Below are positions 37,876 to 47,206 of a stretch of DNA of 64,000 nt, in pieces. Every line of letters begins with the position of its first letter. The stretch's first letter is position 1. Both the position numbers and the translations under genes were made by a program. Source of the DNA: an uncultured Gemmatimonadales bacterium. Lineage in GTDB: Bacteria > Gemmatimonadota > Gemmatimonadetes > Gemmatimonadales > GWC2-71-9. The stretch covers positions 224,264-288,263 of the forward strand of contig CAWGVP010000003.1 in assembly GCA_963826065.1 (NCBI GenBank). The letters are read 5' to 3'. The notes beneath the pieces were generated by a model. The model was not told where the DNA came from. It saw nothing but the letters and a program-made list of their open reading frames with translations, and did no database searches.

Positions 37876-38216
37876 GGGTCGGTCCTTTCGTGTTGGGTAC
37901 GGCGAAGGAATTCGTCGAGGCGGTCGTACCGGGCCTCGAGCATCTGCTGGTACTTCCGGATCCACGCCTGCTCGTCCTCCAGCCGGCGCGGGCCCAGGCC
38001 GCAGGTCCGCACCCGGCCCACCTTCTCCGTCGTCACCAGCTTCGCCTCCTCCAGGATCCGGACGTGCTTCTTGATTCCGGTGAGGGTCATCCCGAAGTCG
38101 GCGGCGAGGTCGCTGATCGAGGCGCGCTCGCGCCCCAGCCGCTCCAGGATGCCCCGGCGGGTGCCGTCCGAGAGGGCGGCGAAGGTGGTGTCGAGTCGAG
38201 CAGGATACTGAACCAT
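37872..38216 (-). CDS. ArsR/SmtB family transcriptional regulator
   Basis: FAALSDGTRRGIL, KHVRILEEAKLV, GRVR; overlaps the SRPBCC start. Confidence 0.9.
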   Translation of the reverse strand: MVQYPARLDTTFAALSDGTRRGILERLGRERASISDLAADFGMTLTGIKKHVRILEEAKLVTTEKVGRVRTCGLGPRRLEDEQAWIRKYQQMLEARYDRLDEFLRRTQHERTDP

Positions 38217-38228
38217 ATGGTTCAGTAT
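38205..38228. promoter_or_regulatory. Perfect 24-bp palindrome, likely ArsR autoregulatory operator
   Basis: ATACTGAACCATATGGTTCAGTAT is its own reverse complement and spans the ArsR start codon. Confidence 0.75.
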
Positions 38229-38266
38229 ACGGTCGATCCGAGCCAGGCGCAAGAGGGGTGGCGGCT

Positions 38267-40912
38267 CTACGGCGTCGTCGCCGTCAGCGCCTGGAACCGC
38301 GGCAGCTTCCTCAGGGGAGTAAACGTGGGATCCACCCGGAGCCAGCCGGGCGAGAGGTAGTAGGGAATCTCGAGCAGCGGCTCGAGCAGGTTCATCGCCT
38401 TCTGCGGCTCGCCGGTCAGGATGTAGATCCGCACCAGCTGATGCTGGAGGTAAGGACCGGTGTAGGCGTCCTTGGAGATCGGCAGCAGGGACACACCCCG
38501 CTCGCCCTCGCGGATCGCATCGCTCTTCCTTCCCGCATACGCCAGCGCGAGCCCCAGCAGCACCCTCCGCTGGGCGTCGTCGGGCGAGTCGTCCAGGACC
38601 CGGCCCGAGGCGCGCACGGCGGTGTCCGCGTACGCCCGCGCGCGGCGGAGGTCGCCGCGGTAGGCGTAGGTCTGGGCCCTCACGATGGACCAGGCGAAGC
38701 GGTCATCGGCGAAGGCGGCCTGCGTCAGTCGGAGCAGCAACGCTTGGTCGGCGTCCTCCAGCAGCCAGGCCAGATCCCAGTAATTGGCGAACTGGGCCAC
38801 TATCTGGGTCCGGTCCACCTCGGCCGGGACCGATCGAAGGACGGCCCGGGCGGCGGCCAGGTCTCCTTTGCCGACGAGCGCCATCGCCTTGTGCTGGGTC
38901 ATGCCGACCTCGGTGGGCTCGAGCCGGAGGCCGCGGTCGGCGGTGGCGACCGCGTCATCGTACCGGCGGAGCCAGAGCTGAGTCCGGGCCAGCCGGGTAA
39001 TCACCTGCGGCGACCGTGGATCGAGCACCTCCGCCCGGGTGAGGTACTCCAGCGAGTTCTCCCACCTCCCCAGGCTCTGCTCCGAGAGGGCGGCGCCTGA
39101 GATCAGCTCGGGGTTGTTGGGACTCCCCTGGCGCCCCGCCGCGAACTGCTCCAGCGCCTTGGCGTACTCTCCCGTGACGTAGTCGTAGTAGGTCCCGAGC
39201 GCCAGGTGGGACTCCGCGGCGTCGGGCGCCAGGGCCAGGGCGCGCTCGGCGGCGAAGCGGGCCCGTGCCGCCCCATCGGGCGTGGGAACAACGTTGGCAT
39301 AAATGGCCGAGTGTGCCTGAGACAGCCGGGCCCAGGCCTGCATGAAGCTCGAGTCCAGAGCGACGGCGCGTTCGTAGGCGGCGGCAGCCGCCTCCAGCGC
39401 CGTCTGGTCCACGGTAGCCATGCGCCTGGAAGCCTCCTCGCCCCGCAGGAAGGCATCGTAGGCCGCGAGATTCCGGGTGGGCCGCACCTCCAGGCGCTCG
39501 CGTTCCGGCGCCGCCAGCGCGACGTCGAGCGCCTGCGCCACCTTGCCCGCGATCTCACCCTGCACCTGGAACACGTCCGACAGCACCGCGTCGAACGGCT
39601 GCTGCCACCGGGTGGTCGAGCCGGCGACCTCGATCAGCTCGGGACTGACCCGCACCCGGCTCTGGGCGTTGTCGGACTTCTCCCACCGCACCTTTCCGAT
39701 CAGCAGATAGTCCACCCCCAGCTCCCGGCCGATCTCCTTGAAGCTCTTGGTGGTGCCCTTGTACTCCGCCGCGCTCCGGTGGGCGATGACCTGGAGTCCG
39801 CTGAGCGCGGCGAGCTTGCCCCGGACCTCGTCGGTCATCCCGTCGGCGAAATAGCCGTCGGCCGAGTCGCCGAGGTTCTCGAAGGGAAGGACGGCGAGGC
39901 GCCTTGTGCCGGCGCCGTCCGGCCCCGTCGCGCGGCCGGCAGGCTGATCGCTCCGGCTCCGGATCCAGCCGAACAGCACGCCGAGGCCGAGAATGAAACC
40001 CAGTCCGAGGAGGACCACGGCGCGGTAGCGACGAGAGGGCGCCGTTGCGGGGCGGACCGCCGTCACCTGTGGCGGTGGCGCGAGCGCCCGGCTGAACTTG
40101 ATCGCCGACGAGAAGCGGTCCGCCGGCGCCTTGGCCAGCGCGGTCGCCACCGCCGCCGCGACGTGCTCGGGCACCGTCTCGCGGATCGAGCGGACCGGCC
40201 GCGGCGTCTCGGTGAATCGCGCCGAGATCGCGGCCTGGGGCGTGGCGCCGGCGAACGGCGGCTCGCCGGCCAGCATCTCGTAGAGCACGCAACCGAGCGA
40301 ATAGATGTCGCTTCGGGCGTCGAGTGACCGGGCACCGGCGGCCTGCTCCGGGCTCATATAGGCCGGCGTGCCGATGATGGTGCCCGTCGCCGTGAGCTGC
40401 TCCGCGCTCTCCCCGTCTCCCGCGAGCGCGCGGGCGATCCCGAAGTCGGCGACCAGCGCGTGATCGTCGTTGCTGAGGAGGATGTTCTCCGGCTTCACGT
40501 CGCGGTGGATGACGTTCTGCCGGTGGGCGTAGTCGAGCGCCTCCGCGGCCTCGCGCGCGATCCGCACCGCGTCCTCGACCGGGAGCTGCTTCTCCCGTTC
40601 CAGCCGCTCGCGGAGCGATTCACCCTCGACGAACGGCATGGTGAACCAGAGGTTGCCGGCCGCATCGCCGGAGTCCAGCACCGTCAGGACGTGCGGGTGC
40701 TGGAGCCGGGCGGCGAGCTTGATCTCCCTGAGGAAGCGCTCGGTGCCGAGCGTCCGGGCGAGCTCGGGATGGAGAACCTTGAGCGCGACGGGGCGGTCGT
40801 AGCGGAGGTCCTGCGCCAGGTGCACGGTCGCCATGCCGCCGCGGCCGAGCTCGCGAACGAGTCGGTAGCGATCGGCCAGGGCGTCGCGCAGGGCGTCCGC
40901 CTGCTCACCCAA
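38267..40912 (-). CDS. Ser/Thr protein kinase with TM, TolB-N-like and TPR domains
   Basis: GRGGMATV, VALK, HRDVKPEN, DFG, GTPAYMSPEQ, LAVLPFENL, TPR-like helices. Confidence 0.93.
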   Translation of the reverse strand: MGEQADALRDALADRYRLVRELGRGGMATVHLAQDLRYDRPVALKVLHPELARTLGTERFLREIKLAARLQHPHVLTVLDSGDAAGNLWFTMPFVEGESLRERLEREKQLPVEDAVRIAREAAEALDYAHRQNVIHRDVKPENILLSNDDHALVADFGIARALAGDGESAEQLTATGTIIGTPAYMSPEQAAGARSLDARSDIYSLGCVLYEMLAGEPPFAGATPQAAISARFTETPRPVRSIRETVPEHVAAAVATALAKAPADRFSSAIKFSRALAPPPQVTAVRPATAPSRRYRAVVLLGLGFILGLGVLFGWIRSRSDQPAGRATGPDGAGTRRLAVLPFENLGDSADGYFADGMTDEVRGKLAALSGLQVIAHRSAAEYKGTTKSFKEIGRELGVDYLLIGKVRWEKSDNAQSRVRVSPELIEVAGSTTRWQQPFDAVLSDVFQVQGEIAGKVAQALDVALAAPERERLEVRPTRNLAAYDAFLRGEEASRRMATVDQTALEAAAAAYERAVALDSSFMQAWARLSQAHSAIYANVVPTPDGAARARFAAERALALAPDAAESHLALGTYYDYVTGEYAKALEQFAAGRQGSPNNPELISGAALSEQSLGRWENSLEYLTRAEVLDPRSPQVITRLARTQLWLRRYDDAVATADRGLRLEPTEVGMTQHKAMALVGKGDLAAARAVLRSVPAEVDRTQIVAQFANYWDLAWLLEDADQALLLRLTQAAFADDRFAWSIVRAQTYAYRGDLRRARAYADTAVRASGRVLDDSPDDAQRRVLLGLALAYAGRKSDAIREGERGVSLLPISKDAYTGPYLQHQLVRIYILTGEPQKAMNLLEPLLEIPYYLSPGWLRVDPTFTPLRKLPRFQALTATTP

Positions 40913-41112
40913 GCGGGGCTCCAGGGCTCAGGGTGTGGGATGTGGGGTTGATACGGTAAGTAAGCGCGGAGGACGGGGGTTCGCCAGCACAGGCAGGCGG
41001 CTCGGGCGGTCCCCCGGCCGCACCCTGGAAGTGGCCTCCGTGCATGCACTTGAGATCGGCTTGACGACTCTCCGTCATCCATCCGGCGTTACCTGGATGA
41101 GGAGTAGACCCC

Positions 41113-41226
41113 ATGCGCAGTCCCCGCAGCCTCTCGTCCCCATCGTACTCGCGACTGGCATCCAGCTTCACCCAGCACATCGCCGTCGCCATCGCCGCGC
41201 TTCTGTTGGCGCTGGTCCTGCGCTGA
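41113..41226 (+). CDS. Putative 37-aa membrane peptide (below ORF-track cutoff)
   Basis: GAGGAG 8 nt before ATG; MRSPRSLSSPSYSRLASSFTQHIAVAIAALLLALVLR. Confidence 0.4.
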   Translation: MRSPRSLSSPSYSRLASSFTQHIAVAIAALLLALVLR

Positions 41227-41358
41227 TGGCGTTCCGTCCCGAGGCGACGACATCAGCGCTTCTTCACTGATTGGTTTTCGAGAGGACGAGCCGGATCGTC
41301 ACGTCGTCGACGTCGCTGGCTGCACTTGGCGCTCGCGCCGGCGGTAAGCCGGAACACA

Positions 41359-41772
41359 CTACTCCCCGTTCAGCGTGATCGCGACCGTCAGCGTGTCGGG
41401 CTCGCCGTCAAGCCGGAACTCGGCGATGCCCGCCACCCTCGCGGTATCGCTCCGGGCCGCCGCCCTCACGATCACGCAGCGCTCGCCGGGCCCAGAACTG
41501 GAAATCACGTCGGCCAGAAAGGCGCCGGCCGCATCGGTCGTGGCCTCCCCGATGATGAAGAATTCTTCGCCGGGTTGATCGCTCGGCGGACAGGACGTGC
41601 CCTGCTCGCCGACGGCGATGGCGGCGTCGGCGAGGGGCGTCTCATCCGGCCCGCTGACGGTCCCCACGACGATGAGCCGGGTCACAGCGGGCGTGCACCC
41701 GCACGGCTCGGTTACGCAGGAGAAGAGCGCGAACCCGCTGACGGCCAGACCGGAGATCAGGTACCGATTCAT
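41359..41772 (-). CDS. Hypothetical lipoprotein (beta-sandwich, carboxypeptidase-regulatory-like)
   Basis: GGAGG RBS, signal peptide ending LFSC, GTV…PLADA…TDAAGAF. Confidence 0.6.
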   Translation of the reverse strand: MNRYLISGLAVSGFALFSCVTEPCGCTPAVTRLIVVGTVSGPDETPLADAAIAVGEQGTSCPPSDQPGEEFFIIGEATTDAAGAFLADVISSSGPGERCVIVRAAARSDTARVAGIAEFRLDGEPDTLTVAITLNGE

Positions 41773-41917
41773 CAGGCCCTCCCTCATGGAGGCAGGCACG
41801 GCTTCAGCGCCCAGCCCGCCGCCACAGAGGAGATACCATGGCCAGGACTGCGGCGCCAGCAGTGCTTCCGGCAGACTGGCCAGGGGCGGTTGAGGGCGGC
41901 CTCGGAGGAGGAACGGC

Positions 41918-42529
41918 ATGCACGTCGGGATTCTGGGCTCGGGGTTGATGGGCGGCAAGCTCGGGACGCTGTTCGCCCGCGCCGGGCACGAGGTCGTGTT
42001 CAGCTATGCGCGCAGCACGAAGAAGCTGGAGGGATTGGCGCGGAACACGGGCGCTCAGGCTCGGGCGGGCACGCCCGCGGAGGCGGCGCGGGATGCCGAC
42101 GCCGTCCTGCTCGCCGTGCACTGGTCACGAGTTGACGATGTGTTGAAGCAGGCGGGCGACCTGTCGGGCAAGGTCCTCGTCACCTGCTCGCTTCCGATGA
42201 ATGACGACGATACCGAGCTGGTGGTCGCCCACACCTCCTCGGGCGCGGAGGAGCTGGCCAAGAAGGCCGGTAAGGCCAAAGTCGTCGCCGCGTTCGGCAC
42301 CGTGCCCAGCGAGGCGCTGTTCGGCGTGTTCGAGGCCAGGGAGAGCGAGGTCCGCCCCGGTTTGATGTACTGTGGGGACGACGAGGGCGCCAGGAAGGTC
42401 GCGGTGAGACTGATCCGCGACGTGGGTTTCATGGAGCCGTTCTCCCTGCTCGTCGCCCAGCTGGCGTACGAAGGAGAAGGCGGGCCGGAGCTGGCCTATC
42501 GCTTCGAGCGGTTCAGGTCGCCCGACTAG
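41918..42529 (+). CDS. NADP oxidoreductase (F420-dependent family), apparently with an internal deletion
   Basis: GILGSGLMG Rossmann motif, LLAVHW, SGAEEL, YCGDD; shortened near VGF|MEP. Confidence 0.8.
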   Translation: MHVGILGSGLMGGKLGTLFARAGHEVVFSYARSTKKLEGLARNTGAQARAGTPAEAARDADAVLLAVHWSRVDDVLKQAGDLSGKVLVTCSLPMNDDDTELVVAHTSSGAEELAKKAGKAKVVAAFGTVPSEALFGVFEARESEVRPGLMYCGDDEGARKVAVRLIRDVGFMEPFSLLVAQLAYEGEGGPELAYRFERFRSPD

Positions 42530-43107
42530 CCGGCCGAGCCCTCTTCCGCCCGGACGAACTGCACCTCTGCCGAAAGGCGCACCTTGTTGGCGACCAGGAC
42601 GCCGCCGGTCTCGATCGCCTGGTTCCACTTGAGGCCCCACTCCCGGCGGTCGATTTCCGAGGTGCAGCTGAACCCCGCTCGCTCTTTGCCCCAGGGATCC
42701 TTCCCCCGGCCCTCGTAGACGCAATCGAGCACCACATCCATTGCCGTGTCCCGGATCGTCAGCTTCCCCGGCACGCGGAACTGGTCGCCCTCCTTCGAGA
42801 AACTCCCTTCCGCCCGAGTGCTGCGGAACGTGATCGTCGGATAGCGCTCCGCGTCGAAGAAGTCCCCCGACCGCAGATGGGTGTCTCGGTCGGCCACGCC
42901 GGTATCGATGCTGGCGGTGTCGATCTCCACCTCCACACAGCAGCCCTCCGGCTGCTCCTCGTCCGCGGCGATCGTCGCCTGGAACTTCGTGAAGCGACCC
43001 CGGACGGTCGTCATCATCATGTGCTTCACCGAGAACTCGATGCTCGAGTGTGTGGGGTCGAGCTGCCATACCGCGGTGCCGGCCCGCGTAGCGGTCGCCT
43101 GTGCCAT
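42526..43107 (-). CDS. YceI family protein
   Basis: WQLDPTHSSIEFSVKHM, RDTHLRSGDFFD, DPWG. Confidence 0.92.
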   Translation of the reverse strand: MAQATATRAGTAVWQLDPTHSSIEFSVKHMMMTTVRGRFTKFQATIAADEEQPEGCCVEVEIDTASIDTGVADRDTHLRSGDFFDAERYPTITFRSTRAEGSFSKEGDQFRVPGKLTIRDTAMDVVLDCVYEGRGKDPWGKERAGFSCTSEIDRREWGLKWNQAIETGGVLVANKVRLSAEVQFVRAEEGSAG

Positions 43108-43250
43108 GGATCGTCCTCCTGCTTTCCGTGAAAGGGTCCGTCGTCCTTGACCGGGAACATGCTCGTCGGTACGAGCCGCCGATGTGATCCATGTCGCAGG
43201 CGGAGGCGGGGCCTCTGGCGCGGACACATCGCCGGGGTCATAGTGGGGCC

Positions 43251-44339
43251 ATGACGAGCTCCCCCGTGGACCAGGAGGCGTTCGAGGGCAGGATCTTCCT
43301 GTTCCTCGTGCTCGGCGTGTCCCTGGCCTTCTTCTGGATCCTCCGGCCCTATGCCGGCGCGATCCTCTGGGGGACGGTGCTCGCCATCGTGTTCGCCCCG
43401 CTCAACCGCCACCTGCGGGACCGGCTGCGGCAGCGGCGCACCGTGGCGGCGGCGGTGACCCTGGTCATCATCGTGGTGCTGGTCCTCTTCCCGGTGGCCC
43501 TGATCGTGGCGTCCCTGATCGACGAGGGAACCGCCGTGTACCAGCGCATCCAGTCGGGCGAGCTGAGCGCGGCGACCTGGTTTCAGCAGGTCTTCGCCGC
43601 CCTGCCCGACTGGGCGGTGGAGCTGCTGAACCGCTTGGGCCTCACCAACCTCGAGACCGTACAGACGCGACTCTCCGGCTTCCTCACCCGCAGCATGCAG
43701 TTCATCGCGACCCAGGCGCTCAGCATCGGCCAAAACACCTTCGCGTTCGTGGTCAGCCTGTTCGTCATGCTGTACCTGCTGTTCTTCCTGCTGCGCGACG
43801 GCGACATGCTCTCGCGCCGCATCCGCAACGCCATCCCGATGGCCCCCGACCGCCAGCGCAATCTCGCCGCCCGGTTCACGACCGTGATCCGCGCCACGAT
43901 CAAGGGCAACCTCGTCGTGGCGCTGGTGCAGGGGGTGCTGGGCTGGCTGATCTTCTGGATCCTGGGCGTGGGGGCGCCGGTGCTGCTCGGCGTGCTGATC
44001 GCGGTGCTGTCGCTGCTGCCGGCGGTCGGGGCGCCGGTGGTCTGGGTGCCGGTCGCGGTCTATCTCTTCGCGGCGGGCCACACCTGGCAGGGCGTCGTGC
44101 TGGCGGTGTTCGGCGCGCTCGTGATCGGCTCGGCCGACAACATCCTGCGGCCGATCCTGGTGGGGAAGGACACCAAGCTGCCGGACTACGTGGTGCTGAT
44201 CTCCACCCTGGGCGGGCTTGCGGTGTTCGGGGCCAACGGGTTCGTGATCGGCCCGGTGATCGCGGCGCTGTTCGTCGCGGTGTGGGAGATCTTCAGCGGC
44301 ACCCAAACGCCGGCCGCCGGTACCGTCGTCGCTGAATGA
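43251..44339 (+). CDS. AI-2E family transporter
   Basis: FFLLRDG, VALVQG, DNILRPILVG, GFVIGPVI. Confidence 0.9.
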   Translation: MTSSPVDQEAFEGRIFLFLVLGVSLAFFWILRPYAGAILWGTVLAIVFAPLNRHLRDRLRQRRTVAAAVTLVIIVVLVLFPVALIVASLIDEGTAVYQRIQSGELSAATWFQQVFAALPDWAVELLNRLGLTNLETVQTRLSGFLTRSMQFIATQALSIGQNTFAFVVSLFVMLYLLFFLLRDGDMLSRRIRNAIPMAPDRQRNLAARFTTVIRATIKGNLVVALVQGVLGWLIFWILGVGAPVLLGVLIAVLSLLPAVGAPVVWVPVAVYLFAAGHTWQGVVLAVFGALVIGSADNILRPILVGKDTKLPDYVVLISTLGGLAVFGANGFVIGPVIAALFVAVWEIFSGTQTPAAGTVVAE

Positions 44340-44360
44340 CTGTCCGCAGGGAGGAAGATC

Positions 44361-45233
44361 GTGGCAAGGCGCGCGAACATCACCTCGCTCCTCAGGGACT
44401 TCCGGGAACAGAAGGACATCCTGGCGCTGTTCAAGGCCATCGCCATGATCGTGCGCCAGCGGCGCACGCTGGAAACGATGTACGGCGCCTACTGCAACCT
44501 GGCATACCGGCCCTCGCGGATCTCCGCCTGCAGCGACCCCGAGCAGCTCGCTTTCATTCTCGGCCGCCGAGCCGAGTTCACCCGCCCTTCCAGGCTGACC
44601 CGCGACCGCCTGATCGAGCTGTACGGCCGGGAGTTCGACGTCGCCTCCTTGCCGGCGGACTTCCTGTGTGCCAGGATGGAGGCGATCTGCCGGGACGGCG
44701 ACCGTTTGATCATCGGTGAGTATGGAGAGGGCGCGAGAATCGCCTGCGTGACGGATCGCTCCTGCCTGCTGAACGGCTATTACAGGAACGTCACCGGCGT
44801 CCGGCACATACATTCGATACTGCGGTACGATGGCGACGGAGAGTATCTGGTGGCGACGGGAGACGGCGCCAAGCTGCTCGACCTCTGGGGCACCATGGGC
44901 GGCGAGCCGCGCTTCTCGAGAAGGCTCAGACGGTACCTGGCGGGATTCACCGCTGCCGTGAAAGTGAACGGCGACTACTACTTCGGCTCGGATTTCAGCG
45001 GTCGGCCGAACTTCATCGCCACGATGGAGGGAGCCAAGTACTTCTTCCCCCCCAAGGCATACCGGCGGTTCGTGAGTGCTTTTTTCGTCTTCTCCGACCG
45101 CTATCTCGTCTCGGTCAACAGGGATCTCGATAGTGTGGGAGGAGTAAAGACCCTGTCCGTCTTCGATACCGTGGAGAAACAGTTCGTGTTCTGTGACTAT
45201 CTGAGTAGCCTCGGTATTCACGACCCTTCATGA
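44361..45233 (+). CDS. Hypothetical beta-propeller-like protein
   Basis: GGAGG RBS; IIGEY, RHIHSI, ATGD, YFGSD blade-like motifs. Confidence 0.55.
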   Translation: MARRANITSLLRDFREQKDILALFKAIAMIVRQRRTLETMYGAYCNLAYRPSRISACSDPEQLAFILGRRAEFTRPSRLTRDRLIELYGREFDVASLPADFLCARMEAICRDGDRLIIGEYGEGARIACVTDRSCLLNGYYRNVTGVRHIHSILRYDGDGEYLVATGDGAKLLDLWGTMGGEPRFSRRLRRYLAGFTAAVKVNGDYYFGSDFSGRPNFIATMEGAKYFFPPKAYRRFVSAFFVFSDRYLVSVNRDLDSVGGVKTLSVFDTVEKQFVFCDYLSSLGIHDPS

Positions 45234-45468
45234 CGACCGTCCGGGAGCCTTTGCGCTTCGGCACGGCGTCGTGGAGTGCCGGGTCGATGCGGCGGGCCAG
45301 TGCGGCTCTGATCCGGCTTGGCAACGCCTCGTCGTGCACCGCACCGTCTAGGCCAGACAAATCCCGTCCCCGAAGTCCGGAGCCGCGCCCGCTCGGAGGG
45401 TGTCGTGATCCGTTGCGCCTCCTCCGCCCGCAAAGGTCTTTGTGGCGGTCACACGCGCGGAACCGGTC

Positions 45469-46065
45469 CTACGGCTTCACCAACCGGGGAGCCTTCTCCT
45501 GGAGTGAATAGGCCCGGTCCGGGCACTGGAGCGACGGATTCGTGGGGCTGAACATGCCCGCCGGGTTCGGCTTCCAGAGCCACACATGCAGGTCCCAGTG
45601 ATGCAGCAGCGCGGGCATCAGCGGATGATGACCCTCCATCGGACCATCGAACGGCCGGCCGAACAGCGTCGGCCGCGTGCGCGAGACCTCCGTGGGCACG
45701 AACCATTCGGCAGCGACCAATCGCAGGGAATCGCCATGCGGCTCGTAGAGGAGAACCTGCGGGCGCAGCGAGTCCAGGCCGGGACCCACCAGGCCCATAT
45801 TGAGGAAGTGGATTCCCATCCCGCCCGCGGGATAGGGTATCTCACCCTTGGCACCGGCGGCAGGGTAGTCGAGGCAGCCGACGGTGGAGAAGTAGCCGTC
45901 GTGAACGGCCACGATCGGGTCGCGATACTTGTCCAGCGCGGCCCTGACGACCGACAGGCCGGCCGCTTCGGGCCTGGCCTGCCCCACGAGCGGGCGTGGG
46001 GAGAGGGGGGATGCCAGCAGCACGATCCAGCCGGCTGCCATCCAGGCGAAATGCCGAGTGGTCAT
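45469..46065 (-). CDS. Secreted hypothetical His-containing protein
   Basis: Signal peptide; GGMGIHF, PQVLLYEP, LVAAEW, LHVWLW, NPAGMF. Confidence 0.7.
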   Translation of the reverse strand: MTTRHFAWMAAGWIVLLASPLSPRPLVGQARPEAAGLSVVRAALDKYRDPIVAVHDGYFSTVGCLDYPAAGAKGEIPYPAGGMGIHFLNMGLVGPGLDSLRPQVLLYEPHGDSLRLVAAEWFVPTEVSRTRPTLFGRPFDGPMEGHHPLMPALLHHWDLHVWLWKPNPAGMFSPTNPSLQCPDRAYSLQEKAPRLVKP

Positions 46066-46149
46066 AGAGCCTCTGCGGAGTGGGGATTGCCGATGGTATC
46101 GCCCAGTTCGTCGTTTGTCGAGCAGGCTCCGAGGACGACTTGCATAATC

Positions 46150-47178
46150 ATGCGTCCGCCCATGCGTTGGTCGATCCGTGGGCTATGCGTGTTGCTGCTC
46201 GTGATGGCCGCGGGACCGGCGGCGGCGCGTGCCCAGACGGGCTTCCAGGTCGCGGAGCAGGACCGCGTGCGCATCGCGGAGGCGCGGCGGCTCGCCGGCC
46301 GGCTGGGCGAGCAGCTCTGGCCCGGCTGGGGGCAGACGCCGTTCCCCGTGCTGCTCGTCGGCGATTCGGCCGAGGTTCTCGTGGGCCACAGCCGCCCGAC
46401 TGAGGACTTCGTCCGGATCGGGGACGACCCGGCGCTGGGAGGCGAAGTCCGGGCCCGTCCCCGACGGTTCTCGCCCTCGCTCCTGGCGACCTTCCCGGCC
46501 GTCGGTGGGATCCCCACGGTCGTCGTCGGCTCCGCCGGGGCCACCGGCAAGTCCTCGACCGCATGGGTGCTGACGCTGCTTCACGAGCACTTCCACCAGT
46601 GGCAGTATTCCCAGCCGGACTATTACCCCGGAGTGTCGCGGCTCGATCTGGCGCGGGGCGACACCACCGGGCAGTGGATGCTGGACTACCCCTTTCCATA
46701 TGACTCGGCGCCCGTCCAGCGGGCGATGCGAAGTCTGGCGTCCGCGCTCGGCCGCGCGCTGGAGGCTCGGCCGAAAGACCAGGCCGACGCACTGACGAAC
46801 GCCGTCGCCGCCCGGGACACCCTTCGCAGCCGCCTCACGGACGCGGACTACCGCTACCTCGAGTTCCAGCTCTGGCAGGAGGGTGCGGCCCGCTTCATCG
46901 AGTACGCCGCCGCACGAGCGGCGGGCGGTGCGGGGGAGCCCTCGGCGGAGTTTCGGAGCCTGCCGGACTACGAGCCCTACGGCAGGGCTGCCGAGAGGGC
47001 GCGTGAGATGCTGCGGCGAGAGCTGGAGCAGCTCGACCTCGCGCGGCAGCGGCGTGTCGCGTTCTATCCGGTCGGCGCCGCCGTGGCGATGGTGTTGGAC
47101 CGAAGCCGGCCCGATTGGAAGCAAACCTACGCCCGACGCCCGTTCGCGCTGGCGGCCCTGCTCTCGACCGGTCGGTAG
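46150..47178 (+). CDS. Secreted putative zinc metallopeptidase (gluzincin-like)
   Basis: Signal peptide, HEHFH, downstream QEGAARFIE. Confidence 0.65.
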   Translation: MRPPMRWSIRGLCVLLLVMAAGPAAARAQTGFQVAEQDRVRIAEARRLAGRLGEQLWPGWGQTPFPVLLVGDSAEVLVGHSRPTEDFVRIGDDPALGGEVRARPRRFSPSLLATFPAVGGIPTVVVGSAGATGKSSTAWVLTLLHEHFHQWQYSQPDYYPGVSRLDLARGDTTGQWMLDYPFPYDSAPVQRAMRSLASALGRALEARPKDQADALTNAVAARDTLRSRLTDADYRYLEFQLWQEGAARFIEYAAARAAGGAGEPSAEFRSLPDYEPYGRAAERAREMLRRELEQLDLARQRRVAFYPVGAAVAMVLDRSRPDWKQTYARRPFALAALLSTGR

Positions 47179-47206
47179 TAAATGCGCATGGTTGCCATCC
47201 GCGAGA

